Shown here piece by piece: positions 27,920 to 40,794 of a stretch of DNA of 64,000 nucleotides. This stretch comes from Azolla caroliniana (taxonomy: Eukaryota > Plantae > Polypodiophyta). Both the position numbers and the translations under genes were made by a program. The stretch covers positions 6,758,001 to 6,822,000 of the forward strand of contig JBHGNT010000002.1 in assembly GCA_043228905.1 (NCBI GenBank), given 5' to 3'. Numbering within the stretch: position 1 is the stretch's first letter; each line of letters begins with the position of its first letter. The notes under the pieces were generated by a model, which saw only the letters and a program-made list of their open reading frames with translations, was not told the origin of the DNA and did no database searches.

Positions 27920-28560
27920 AAAGAGCAAATGTGGATTGATTGGTGTTTACGGGGTTGGACGTCGTTTTTACTAGTGATTTCTAATCTTTTGCTCCGTTCA
28001 GTCTCTTTGTCTCTTTGACGACTATCATCTAAGGCTAAAGAAGTTTGGAAAATACATAACTCTAATCATGGATGGTGTATCAAAGGTCTTCATTTGGAGA
28101 GTTCTAATTGGGGTTTTGCCTATGGAATTAGCTCTAAAGCAATGTGGACTAGCAACGGACAATTGCTTCTTTTGCACTGCTTCATATTATACAACGCCCA
28201 ATTTCTTGTCAAATTTGGAGTTACATTTCTCAAATTTGGCAAGTTTTATCATGGTGTTATTTGACGCCAAGATAGTGGGTGTTTGCACAATTCACATATG
28301 TTGACTCAACATTAGTGATGGAGATCGTTTTTCATATGTTTGAGATATTAGGGATTGAGTCATAATTGTGCTATGCGCTATGCTTTTGTATTTGATTGTA
28401 GACGTGGAGTCAAAGCATATCTATGAAAGTTGAAGGGACTCCTAATGCCACAGTGTTCTTTATTGCCAATTGGAGCAAGTGGAAATTCTTTCCTCAATGA
28501 AGTGTTCGTCTTGCATATTGGCAATTCAACATGTTGCAATACCCATGTAGTTTAGTGGGT
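27920..28560 (+). mobile_element. Degenerate 3' fragment of a plant L1-type LINE (zf-RVT region)
   Basis: ORF 28068-28304 KVFIWRVLIGVLPMELALKQCGLATDNCFFC matches the zf-RVT pattern (K.F.WR.L...LP....L...G....C..C). Boundaries approximate. Confidence 0.6.
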
Positions 28561-29290
28561 GTCCATACTCCATTTGTGACGCCCATTGTAAGTAGTGTTT
28601 TTCACACACATTTGTTAATATAGATGTGTGTTTTCACCAGAGAGAGAGAGATGCGAGGGAGCAACAAAGGTGGTCATGGTGAATATCAAGAAGAAAACAA
28701 AGAAAAACAATTATTCCTCATATTTGGTTTCACACATAATGTGGATGGATTCTTTGATTAGCCAAGAAAATAACGAAATCTCTAGGGTTTAATGTATTTT
28801 TTTCTTGATGTTTATCTTTATCATGATGGTTTTTGCCCCACTCACGTATAACAAATTGAATCTTAAAGTGGATGGTGGAAATTGTAATCCAACTTGGCAA
28901 TTTGTATTTATGCATACCATCCAAGGTTGATCAAGAACTCATTGAGTATACCAATATTGTTTATGCTTGGTCATTTGCAATTGCATAGAGGATGTGACAA
29001 CAAGTCACGAGTATCTATTGTGATGTAGGCTCCATGAAATTTCTATGAAAGTAACTACTAAGAATACAAGTTCAATTACCATGGTTGATATTAATTAACT
29101 ATATAAGTAATTTCACCTCATTCACATATGACCAATTAAATCCCAATGTGCGCAAATTGTTTCTATGTGTACCATGCAAGCCTAATTAAGTTCTCACTTG
29201 GATACACCTAATGTTATTTATGCATGATCTGTGCTATTTCATAGAGGATGTAAGAGTAAGTCATAAGCATCTATTGTGGTAGAAGCTCCA

Positions 29291-29692
29291 CAATGTTTTA
29301 TGACTTAACAACTTAAGTACAAGTTTGGTTTGGTTAAGGTAATTTGTAAATATTTCACTTTGGGTTGGGGGTTCAAGGGTTTGGTTCAAGCCTTTAACTA
29401 ACAATCGACAACAATTCGGTTTGAACTAAATTGAACTGCGAAACCGTGACTTAACGGTTTAAACGGTTCGGTTCGGTTCGGTTTCATGACTTAACACAAT
29501 GTTTTATGACTTAACAACTTAAGTACAAGTTTGGTTTGGTTAAGGTAATTTGTAAATATTTCACTTTGGGTTGGGGGTTCAAGGGTTTGGTTCAAGCCTT
29601 TAACTAACAATCGACAACAATTCGGTTTGAACTAAATTGAACCGCGAAACCGCGACTTAACGGTTTAAACGGTTCGGTTCGGTTCGGTTTCA
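29291..29692. repeat. Near-perfect 196-bp tandem duplication with 10-nt filler
   Basis: 29291-29486 is repeated at 29497-29692 with about 2 differences. Filler TGACTTAACA. Confidence 0.9.
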
Positions 29693-30170
29693 ACAGTTAG
29701 AAACCGCGGTTTAAAAGGGTTTTTATTTTTTTATTTTTTAAAGTTTTTAAAAAATGTTAAAATATTGTTTTTAAACAATCTTTTCATTTTTAGACCTTAT
29801 TCTCACATTTTAGAAACATCTTTAAAATTAAAACTTTTAAAAATTTAAAAATTTAAAAATAAAATTTGACCTAAGTTGAAAACCGAAACCGAACCACGAA
29901 ACCGCAGTTTTATCAGTTTGAAATTTCTTTTTAGTTTCTTTTGAGTTTTTAAAAAGATAACACTTTCTTGAAAAATTGAAAATTGAGTGTGCAATCACCA
30001 ACAATTCAATTTGAGCTAAAACTAAACTACAAAATCGTGGTTTAACAACCTAATGATTTGGTTCAAACAATTATAGTTTAAATGGTTTTGTGGTTTGATT
30101 AAACATGGTTTAAGATTCAAAAAAATTAAACGGTTTGAGTTTGAGACTCCCAAATCGAACAAAACCTTTG
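29330..30170. mobile_element. Probable non-autonomous DNA transposon remnant (hAT-like subterminal AACCG/CGGTT arrays)
   Basis: Clusters of GGTTCGGTTCGG, AAACCG and AACCGAAACCGAACC in both orientations around an AT-rich core. No TIR or TSD identified. Confidence 0.4.
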
Positions 30171-33100
30171 TTGATTACCAGTGTCAACTAACTATTAAAG
30201 GGATGCTTTTAATATATTTCGAAATTAAAATTTGTTGTAAGTTTGATAGTAATGAAGTGTGGAGAAACATCAAATAATTACCAAAATTCCCCTATATATC
30301 CAAAATAATGCCCTTTGCAGGAGTAAAATTTCAAGACTACATAGGAAATCCACATACATTTTTGACATTTTTCCTTGTAATATATTGGAGGCATGGCTTT
30401 AGTAATTAAGGAATTCTATTAATAAGTGATTAAGTCTGATTTAATATTAGAGTAATAATAAAAATGGATACAGTGAAATATAATAACTTTTTATTCCACT
30501 TGCTTCTAATTAGTCATTTGATTACATCTACTACAAGACCTTTAACATAAGACATATTAATGTCAAGTTTTGGCACTACCCTTTCGAGTTTAAATGTTAA
30601 CTAAGCCTTTGCTCATCACATTGTCAAGATAGACACGTGTCTTTGACCACACTTCGACACGACAATGTGTTCTGAAACGCAATAAATTAGTTGAGTGCTT
30701 CCTAGTAAATATGTGATAGTTGTTAAGTGTGTAAAAAAAGAGTGGATGATCCAATGAACAAGGAACCATTATCCAATTGTGTTGAAGATCCACATGCATG
30801 CAAGGATTCAACTCTAGTGAGCCTCCTATGTACATCCAACCTACAAATGAAAATCCTCTCTCACTCATTGGGCTCTAGTGTTACAAAAGTAACCTCTTCT
30901 TTTGGAAAAGTCCTTATGGTTGTCATATAATATTACATCCTTGAGGAACAAAATTGGTTTAACAAAGATGACCTTGTGAAGTGAGGATGTATTCTCATGT
31001 GGATGTCATTCATGATTAAATGTGAAGGAGAGTAGTCTTCGGTTGATTCCGAATCTCGGGTTTAAATGACTAAGTACATTTCAAAGTTTTTCGAGTTATA
31101 AGTTTCGGTAGTGCCATGTTTGTAAGCCATTAGGCATGAGTTGTCATATTCGTGATACACATGAGAGCCATGCAAAAGGAATTCTTCAAATAGTTATTGG
31201 TCAAGCGGTAAAAATAGGAAACTTTTATACGCATCTTGAACAAGAATAAAAATCTTAGTGACAACCTTGCCCACAACCTCGAGATACCTTGACAAAGTTA
31301 TATCAAGGGCTTGCTACGAGTGAGTGATACTTTTTGGGTGTTTTTGCACCGATGGTATTTTCCTATTGGTTGTGGTACTGTCTACGCACGTTATGACAAA
31401 ACACTTGATAGTGTATATCCGATCCGTGAACCTCTTTATAATTTGTGGTACAAGTCATTTTATGAAAAACATATTTCGGAAGATTTATGTTGATGTTGTT
31501 TCCTTTCTTTTGGAAATTTGTCAATTTAGATAAAACAGGGAAAACTTTTCCAAAAGAGAATTTCTGCAAAAGCACAACACGGAAGATCAAAAGGTGTAAG
31601 AGAATATGTGTGTGCATTTAATGTGAACATAGTGATAGTTAACTATGTGTTGAAGATGCAACAATGTACGTGAACAAGAAAACATTGCAATATGCTTGCG
31701 AAAGCAAAGAAAGTGAAGGAAAAAAAAGGAGTATGTGAATGTGTCCTAAAACCCTTGGGGTTTGAACTTTGGAATATAAAGCAAAAAAGAATCTTCTTGC
31801 CTCTTTCTAGAAAAGGTCTAGTGTTGCTGCCACTTTTAGGTATATAATTATGTTTGAAGTTTCCACATATATTAACGTAATCACAAGCTTACAATTACAT
31901 TCCCCATCACTAATACCATGTATTGCCTTTTACATTTTTTGGATTTGATTCCATAATTTCATCGATATCGGCCCATTAGTGGTTGGGCCCATAACCACAT
32001 GATAGTAAAGCACAATCTTTAACACTACATTATGATGTAAAAGAGAAGATTTGCGCCTTTTTTCTTCCACACTATGTAAAAGCAAAATGGAACTAGGGTT
32101 TCTATGTTTAAGATGAGGTTTGAATATTTTTGAAATAGAATTCAGGCACTTATTTTAAAGTGAGACTTTTAGTCTAAAAGTTATACCATTTTTTATTATT
32201 GTAACACTTATTTTTAAATATATTATATCTTGAACCTCATATGTACCTCCATTGCTAGCCCTAAAAATAATGCTTATCCATAGAGTGTCACAAAAATTCA
32301 TAGGAAGAATGAATTAATTACAAAGTTGTGTGGCTAAACAAGCTAACAAACCTTATATAACTAGAACACAACATAAAGGACGGAGTTTCCTACATTTACC
32401 TTTTTTCCAGGTTTCTTTACATGCCTCTTCTAAGATCAAACCTTGAACCTCTTTTATCTATACCTAGTCAATAAATATTATGCTTTTGTTTTTAATACTT
32501 CTTTTCTAGAAAGAAACTACTTCCCATCAGTTAGGTGAATCACATATACAAATTAGGCAATGTACACTTTAGTTTTTTACATTTGCATCATCCTTGCTTC
32601 CTACCTCTTGTTCCATTATTTCCATCATCAATAAGCCACTCTTCACCACTTACTTCTCATCAATAATTTGCTCATGGAAAGAGACCTTGTGCTTATTTGC
32701 AAGTGTGCAACATCAATTTCATGACATTGTTTCATACCTCCACAAGCTAATTGGTTTGGTTTTCTAGACTAATGAACCTTTTTGGAGTCTTCTCCCTTCA
32801 TATCATTTCACACGTCCAAGCATGAAATCGTAATCAATTTGGTCTTTCAAATCAATATACGAATTTGGAGGTTTTTCCCATCATAACATTTCACACCTTC
32901 AAATAGTAACTCCTAAGTGGTTTGGTCTTCTAAAATACATGAACCTTTTTTGGAATCTTTCTTTTCACACACTATCCCTAAGTACAATAACAATCTCAAA
33001 TAGAACCAATGCTCCCTCATTAAGCCAACACATTTTCCTACGAACAACCTCTAGGTCCAAAAAGTAGAATTAAGGGGAAGGAATTCCTTTCTCGAATATG

Positions 33101-34799
33101 ACCAAGCATACTGAAATGAGATACAAAATTTCAATTGGACAAAAATGTAATTATATTCTTCTATCCTCGATGGTGCGTGAATAGTGGACTATATATAGTT
33201 AATTGTTGTTTACAAATGATATTGTAGTACTCTTCATTATTAAATGGTAAAGGTGTTTCCCTTGTATGCAATGGGTCTATGTTTGCGAGCATATATTAAC
33301 CAAATTAGACACTAATTGTGTGCATATAGACTACAGTGACTAAAATGTAGCATTTGGGTTGGGTATGACAAACTTGCAAGGAGATGCTTTTCAACTAAAG
33401 TTCTAATGGGCTTTGCTTAATCTCCCTTTATTTCCGTGCTAATATTAGTCAAAACAAAAAATTGCCTGCTTTCTAATATGTTGGACTACTTGATAGAGAA
33501 AGAAGAAGAAGAAGATTTTAGTTAGTGTACGATAAATAAGTGAGATCAATTATGAAGGATTGGATAGTCTACGCAAGGCCTACCCGAGAAAGGGATCGAA
33601 GTTGTGTATATTTTAACTAATGAGGTATATTCTTTTTTGGAAAATAGAAAAGAAAAGAAGAAGATTTTAGTTAATATCTTTTTCCAAAAAGGGAAAATTA
33701 TTTTAGTATTGAAACTAGAGAAAATTTCCACTTTTGAGCATATTGAACATGACTTGAAAAATAAGATTTTGAGTAATTCAAGAGAATTAGTTCTTAAAGC
33801 AGTAATTAGCTTATAAAATTATGTATAGCAATGCAAGATTTAATTGATAGCATCAATCGACAAATGTTTGAAAAGTAGTGTTGACAAGGATGGCCATTTG
33901 CAATGGGTGGAATCCAAGTAAATAAATGTAAACAAATTGTGAAAACCGCGTTTAACGAGCTTGTTAGTTAGTACGACCTTTGTAGCTACCCAAAGGTGCA
34001 CATTTGAAACTTTTGATGAGGCAATGCCGCTAAATTCAAATTTTGTGTTGGAGGTGGGTCGACAATGTTGTCGTGAACCCAACGAGAAAATCATGTTTAC
34101 CCTCTATTTTTCCCCTCCATTATTCAATGCTTCATGTGGGGTTATGTTCTACTTGTATATGAATGTGAATCCGACTTTAATATTAGAATTTCACTTTTCA
34201 TTTACCAAAATGAACTTTCGTGGAACCTACCTACAAGTGTCCTCTCTTTATGCATAGGCAACTACTGGGATTGGTGCTATAGGTAATACGATATGTACAT
34301 TGTACCTAATTGATATTTTTATCCTATATTAGTAGAGTGTGGATTTTCTCACATAGGGTTAACTTTACTTGCATCGGGTGTCATATAGAATACAATGTTG
34401 CAAGTAAATTGTTCCATGATAAAGGTATACAATAATGTCGGAAAAGGTGAAAGGGGTTGATGTCTGATAGATCCGGTAGCAGTAAAGGCGAATTCATCAA
34501 TAACGTTTTGCCTGTTACCAAATGGTGAAACAAAACGAGTCGCTCGAACTACATTTCGAGCGAGGCCGCAATGATTAATGGTGCACAACGATCGAACGAA
34601 ATGAGATTTTCACGAGAAGATAGTTAAGTTCGACTAATTTCCCATCGCCATAAAGAATGTATACCATCAAAAGGTTCGACTGAAATGTGGTATAAGACTT
34701 TGGTTTTGGATGCTATTGCCCAACAAGTTGTTGCGGACCATGTCTTCGGAGTCTTTGTCTTAGTTCACAAGGGGGAAGTAGACTAGTGCCAAGTTGCAT

Positions 34800-35140
34800 G
34801 GGAATCCAATATCTTGAGACTAATAAATAACAAATAATTGAATAAAAATAAATAAATAATAGATATTATTATTATTATTATATTGTCGTTGTTTTTTATT
34901 TTGTTCATGCGTTTTATGATATTTTTCTTTGTCTGAGCCACTTGGGGAGGGAGGGAGGGGGGGGGTTGATCTACACGTGGCGCCATCCCATTGGATAAGA
35001 AGGCCAAAAAAGAAAAGACCCCACGACAAATCATGCTATATGTCGGGGGGCTTAATTCCCCAAAATAAATAAATAGTTTTTAATTAAATAATAATAAAAC
35101 AAAACCAATAATCTGCCCTTCCTCCTCCTTTAAATAGCCT
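34800..35140 (+). promoter_or_regulatory. Putative MIR169 promoter (ABRE/G-box, CCAAT boxes, TATA-like)
   Basis: ACACGTGGC at 34973-34981. CCAAT at 34806 and 35105, ATTGG at 34990. TTTAAATA at 35129-35136, about 270 nt upstream of the miRNA. Confidence 0.5.
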
Positions 35141-35401
35141 TTGGCCCTTTCAATCGAAGTAAAACAGAAATTTAACAATCTCCATTCATACCACTCCTTA
35201 ATCCCACCTTAATCCCTCCTTAATCACCCCTTAATCTTATACAATTACGAAAACCTCTAAAATCATCAGTTCCTTGATCTTTCGTATCTATCTATATTAA
35301 TTATACATTGATATTTCCTTTAAATTGAATCCTGGCCTCACGATGGATGGGGTTTTGGATTGGACGGCTGAGATGTGAAGGGTAGACATGATCATGGAAT
35401 G

Positions 35402-35422
35402 AAGCCAAGGATGACTTGCCGG
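35402..35422 (+). ncRNA. miR169: Mature miR169 (AAGCCAAGGAUGACUUGCCGG)
   Basis: Matches the conserved miR169 family sequence NAGCCAAGGAUGACUUGCCGN, known to target NF-YA mRNAs. The exact 5' end is predicted. Confidence 0.88.
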
Positions 35423-35516
35423 ACGTGCCTACTTATGTAATTAATCCAAACTAGTGGGACACAAATCTATAATATAAACTTCCAAGAGCAACCTTTATAC
35501 ACGTTTATGTATCTCT

Positions 35517-35549
<33 letters not shown>

Positions 35550-36102
35550 GTGTGTGTGTGCCTGCACAATCATGGCCTCCTTCAATCGTATGCGTGCTTA
35601 TGTAGTCATCATCAACAATGAGTATTGTTGCCTAATTTGCATGTAAAACACAAATCACAGGTTGTTTTTAGTAGTGTTAGTGCCAGGTACCATGGTTCTA
35701 GCGCTTCGATTTGTGTTATTTGGTTATATTAAGTGTGTTGATTGATATTGTTATGGCTTACTACTACTTATAAAGTGTGCATAAACTTGGTTTTAGTAGA
35801 TAAATGTGTATATTCTATGGTTATGTTCAATATGTATACCATGGTCTTAGTACTCAAATGTGTGCATACCATGGGGTTAGTATGTAAAAATTGTGTCATT
35901 TTCTTACGTTTAGTGGTTTGGTTTATAGAAGGTAAGCGTAAATATAATCATGTTGTACATAATAGTTTGTTAGTTAGAAGAGTGTATACCACAATTTAGT
36001 ACTTACAATACAATTAGTAGGTTGGCTAGTTATCGAAGTTAAGAGTGTTACACTTAGTTATAGTTGGTAACTTGGTTGTTTAATTCATATGTCACGATAA
36101 TC

Positions 36103-36124
36103 GGCAAGTTGTTCCTTGGCTACA
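36103..36124 (+). ncRNA. miR169*: Predicted miR169* (GGCAAGUUGUUCCUUGGCUACA)
   Basis: Complementary to 35402-35422 with 2-nt 3' overhangs and one bulge. Resembles known miR169-3p sequences (GGCAAGUUGU..UUGGCUACA). Confidence 0.8.
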
Positions 36125-37726
36125 TCTTATGGTCAACTTCACTTCTAAGCCCGCTTTCAATTAATTCTATGAAACTCCAATTTCAAGTGTATTGGTAAGT
36201 CTCTTCTCTTGCCAACAATTTACAACATCATGTTGGATTTTGGAGGCAGTGAAAAATCTCCATTGTATGTGTGTAATGTATTATGAATGTGTAGTATTTG
36301 TATATGTACTTATGTAACTCTTTGAAAATATTTGTAAATTTGTAGTTGTGTATTTGTGAATATATTGGACCAAACACATAAAGCATAACAAGGATATCAA
36401 TATTTTGCGTACGAGTATGTGTATGTAAATGCATAATCTTAAAAATGAAGATGTGAAACAAGCAACTTATAAGAATATTTAATAATTAAATGTGTGTGTG
36501 GAGAATGTCAAATCTTGCAAGATTTTCTTGTAAATTTTTCGCATCAAAGACGATATCGGTCATAAAATATTGATTATTTGTATGGTATCTTTGTATGGAT
36601 GTTTATGTGTGTGTATATATGCACTATATGTTGATGTAATATAAGTGATGTATTCAAACATGCTAGATTCATTTGGCCTAGGTGGACCAATGTATCAATG
36701 AATAAATAATATAAAATCTCAAGTTGATTATGGTGGTGAGCACTATTTTATACTCTATCATGCACCATGCATATATGGTATGTTAAACTGTTTTGTGTAT
36801 ATCTTAGTTTAAATTATTTTATGAGATCTATGCATCATAGACTACGCCACACAAGCAAGTATGCATATCTATAGATTCTAGTGGCAGTTTATATTTGATG
36901 TACATAAGGAGATATTCTATCATGAAAATTGGTATTCAATGCTGAAGTAATAGCGTGCAAAAACTTTGAATAATATGCACCATGTACAACAATGCATTGA
37001 TATTATATATGATTGATACACAGATAAAAATATACATTCTTGGTTCAATTAGAACTCGGAAATTTGATTTCACTTGGCAACTATAGTTGGGTATATAATG
37101 TTATATATTACCATAATATAGGGTCATGGATAAAGTCACAATCAATGGAAACTACACATTATTAGTTTAATGGAAATTTGACAATAGATTTTTGATAGAA
37201 GATTTTATACTACATTTATCAAGTATGAAATGTAGCGTTGAGCCCAAGAAAATAAAAGGATTAAACAAAAAGACGAGTGAAACGGTAAAATGTATGCATT
37301 GAGGAACAAAAATACAACCCTAATAACTGACTCCGTAAAGCCCACATCAAATCATACAGTAAGGTGTTGAGTGGTTGTATATGTGATGTGTATATGGAAA
37401 GTAAAAACAGGGATCACTAAGTCAATCTAGTGGAAGGAGAGAATGTTGACAATGAAAACCTTGGAGATGTACTTTCTTAAGAAAGTATATTGCACAATCA
37501 TGTGTGTATGTTTTCCAATACTAACTTCTAAGCCATGCCCGATCCCTACTTTGTGTTTAAGCTTAGAAAGAATGTTTTTATAGGGCAGTTAACTACATAA
37601 TGCTTATAGAAAAGTAATGGTATGAATATAAGAGAAGACTTAAAATACTTCCTAAAAATGGAAGAGGTGACAGAAAAGTAAAAACCCCACTTAGACGGAC
37701 TAGGTTTAGGACATTTATGTAAATAT

Positions 37727-38240
37727 GTTAGAGGGTAGTTGCCTTAGCCCAGTTAATATATACCTGGCTTTGTAACCAAGTTCATAAAGTGGTTGTTGAT
37801 AGTGTCATTCTTGTATTATAACGTTTTAAATAAGACAATTACATTGTGTGCCTCTCTGTCTCTTTCTCTCTCACTATTTCTCCTTGATCTTGATCTTTGT
37901 TAAGTTGTCTTGCTAATATTTTTCATGAACTTGGTGATCTTCATCACATAGTGCTATTTATGTTTTCGCATTGACAGCCTCAATCTCCAACATCTGGTAT
38001 CAAAGCTTGGTTTTTGATTCAGTGGACATCTGTGACTTTGTCTTCAACAACACTCTCACATTCACTCATTTGAAGACTCCAAGTCGATCAAATCCTTGAA
38101 ACAGATTCTAGTTTTCAGTCAGACTAAAAACTCTTGAACGACAACCGTCTAGATCTTATGCGGTGAAGAGAGAAGACACCTTGTTGATCCACGCTCCATT
38201 GAACTAAACCACACCTCAAGTAGGCCAGTTGGTTTTATTC
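37727..38240 (+). mobile_element. Truncated LTR element 5' end (LTR end, PBS, leader)
   Basis: ...TCTCCAACA ends at 37992, then PBS TGGTATCAAAGC at 37995-38006. LTR start uncertain; no coding region remains. Confidence 0.55.
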
Positions 38241-38242
38241 CA

Positions 38243-39868
38243 AGATTCAATATGATATCTAGAACATGTAGCACATCTTTCAACGTCATTCTGCAACCTA
38301 TTGAGGTCAGCAAACATACATCTCTGACTCTCACGATCTTGCATGCACCGTCGTTTCCCATCTTCACGTAGCCGTAATCTCTAGCCGTGTAGGATGAGAA
38401 ACAATCTCTGTTGGGGGTCAAGTGAAACGACGCACTGGAATTGACCACCCATGTTGATTCTTCGCGGCAAGGTTTACATCGTTCTATTCATTGATGAACA
38501 ATAGCTCCTCCTCACTCGTGGCAATGGCTGAGGTGTTCTTGTTGTCCGAAATCTTCTTCGGCTCAACACCATCAACTCCCCCTTTGTCCTTCCAGTAATG
38601 CCGATAGTTCTTTTGAAAGTGTCCTAGCTTCCCACAATAGAAGCACGTGAGCCTTCCCTTCGACTTTGACCTCGGTTTGGACTTGTAATTGTTTTGCAAA
38701 CTTCTCTGCCTGCCCCTTCCTCTGTTGGAGTCACCTTTTGTGACTAGGGCCTTATGGTTAGAGACGGACTCTCTATCCTTCTGACGAGCTTCTTCATTCA
38801 GCAAGCTCGACTTCACCATCTCTAGGGACAATTGGTTCCCTTGTGGTCCCGTGTTACCCAAGGTCACCACGAGCATCTCCCAACTGTCCAAAAGGGATCC
38901 CAACAGTAGCAATGCTAATACCTCATCGGCCAGAGGCACTTCTAGAGAGGTATTTTGATTTATTAGTCCTTCGAAGGCATTTAGGTGCTCAACCATGCTT
39001 GAACCGTTTTGATATCTCAGTCTCACTATCTTCCTAAAAACAAAGACTTGATTTATGACATTCTTGTTCTCGAACATGAACACGATCTTCTTCCAAAGGG
39101 CGTCAACTTTTGTCTCTTCATTGAATTTGTTGTATAGATTGATGTTTATAAAGCACCTTATGTATGTCGTTGTCTTTAGATGCATGACTCCCAAGTGAAT
39201 GCATCAATGTTGTCTGGTTTTTCGTCTCCATACTGCACTGGCAGCCATAGGACTTTGCATACAAGCACATCTCTCATCTTCGACTTCCAGACTGAGTAGT
39301 TGGAGCCAATTAGCTTGAACATCCCTCTGAGAGATTCATCCATTGCTCTGATACCCGTTTGTTATAAATGAGGGGTCGGCCAAAACCGGTTAGCAAGCAA
39401 GATGCAAAGACAAGAAACTAAACTGAAACATTGAAGAAAGAAAAGCATCGACACAGAGACACAAGATTTTATGTGGAAACCCCTAAAAGGGAAAAACCAC
39501 AGGCCCCCCTAGACTCAAAATAGAATCACTAAGTAGAGAGAAATATGCAAAATACACAAAGCCACAACCTTGAACTCGACTTCTTCTTACAGACGGTTAC
39601 CACACACTCACTCAACACTTACCTCACACTCACTATACATACATTGACTTTACAACTCTGATATCAACGATTCTCACATACCTCAATATGTTAGCCCTAA
39701 GTATATATATACTAATACATAAGTAAGGGATATTTACAAATATAGCCCAAACCAGACGAATCCGATTCGGCCGAATCAGACATAGTCTGGATTGGGTACG
39801 GGTCGATTGACCTTCATCCTATTCGGCTTTCCAACTAATCCCATCTAGAGGGACTAGTTATCCCAACA
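38243..39868 (-). mobile_element. Truncated Ty1/copia 5' half (LTR 39360-39868, PBS, gag, protease)
   Basis: gag with CFYCGKLGHFQKNY and protease WVVNSSASFHLTP, homologous to the element at 60511. PBS remnant GGTATCAGAGC at about 39345-39355. LTR TG..CA. Frameshifts present. Confidence 0.85.
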
Positions 39869-40790
39869 CTTTCGAAGAAGAAAAAGATGAATCAAAGGAT
39901 GGGGTTGGGTGTCGAATATTTGTGTTAAACTACATTAAAGATTGTGAGAAGGTGTTGTCGAAGCTAGAAGATGCAAACCTCACGTTTTTGGGAGAGAAGT
40001 CTGTATTTGGGCAACCAGAAGTATTGGTAGTAGGGCACTTGTGTGGGGCATATGGCCGGCCCAAAGTGGATGCTATCCAAAAGATGAAGGAAGAATGTAT
40101 ATCCCAGATGGAGGTGTGAAGATTCTTGTGAATGTGTGCCTTTTATCATATCTAGATTCTGCACTACGTTTATGTCGCCAAGGCATTATATGGATTGTTG
40201 AAGAAAAGAAAGAAGTTCGAATGGCAAGAGGAGCATACAAATGTGATACGAAGATTGAAGAAACTACTACTTGAAGCTTCAACACAACGAAAGGCCAAGT
40301 GTACATAAGGAAAACCGATTTATGTGACTGTGGATACGAGCCCAACCGGAATCGGATGGGTTATCAATCAAGAAGAAAAAGAAAATAATCGATATGCGAT
40401 TTGATTCGGTGTGACGGTGTTGAGCGACAAACAAAGGAAGTACTCTCAAGTAAAGAGGGAGATGTGGGGAATCGTATCTGCTGTGAAAGCCGACCACAAT
40501 TATCTTATTGGAACGGAGGTCATAATCGAGACAAATTGCCTACCCATACTTGGTATGATTTCCAGTTGCGCTGGTCCTGACATTGCTATGCTGCGATGGA
40601 TTGCGTATATCAAGTCACTTAATCCAGAAATACGGCATGTAGCAGGGAAGTATATAATATGGTGGCAAATATGTTGTCACGAGCAAGATACCACAATGAG
40701 GAAAACTCTAGATCCAATGAAGAAGATATTAGCTTGGACTTCTTCACAACTTCTTGTGCTCAAATATTGACAACTTTCAAAGAGGAAGAT
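39869..40790 (+). mobile_element. Degenerate RT/RNase H fragment of the same gypsy lineage as 44729-57176
   Basis: DCEKVLSKLEDANLTFLGEKSVFGQPEVLVVGHLCG, IYVTVDTSPTGIGWV and YSQVKREMWGIVSAVK align by eye to the pol at 53.0 and 47.1 kb. Stops and frameshifts present. Confidence 0.85.
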
Positions 40791-40794
40791 GGCA

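Larger units (their letters stand above)
35355..36164 (+). ncRNA. MIR169: MIR169 precursor foldback (~810 nt) with a very large loop
   Basis: The 5' arm carries AAGCCAAGGATGACTTGCCGG and the 3' arm carries GGCAAGTTGTTCCTTGGCTACA. Pairing extends about 45 nt below the duplex (TGATCATGG/TTATGGTCA, GTGAAG/CTTCAC, GGCTGAGA/TCTAAGCC) and about 25 nt above it (CGTG/CACG, ATGTAATTAA/TTAATTCAT). Confidence 0.85.

Noticed and set aside
30590-31700. Short ORFs with protein-like composition (possible decayed transposon or dioxygenase remnant)
   Set aside because: Fragmented by stops, with no motif I can confidently assign. A translated homology search is needed.
33840-34790. CpG-retaining segment with short ORFs upstream of MIR169
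   Set aside because: No recognisable domain, splice structure or termini.
35353-35375. TTTTGGATTGGACGG resembling the miR159/319 5' end
   Set aside because: It diverges from TTTGGATTGAAGGGAGCTC after 9 nt and is explained as the lower stem of MIR169.
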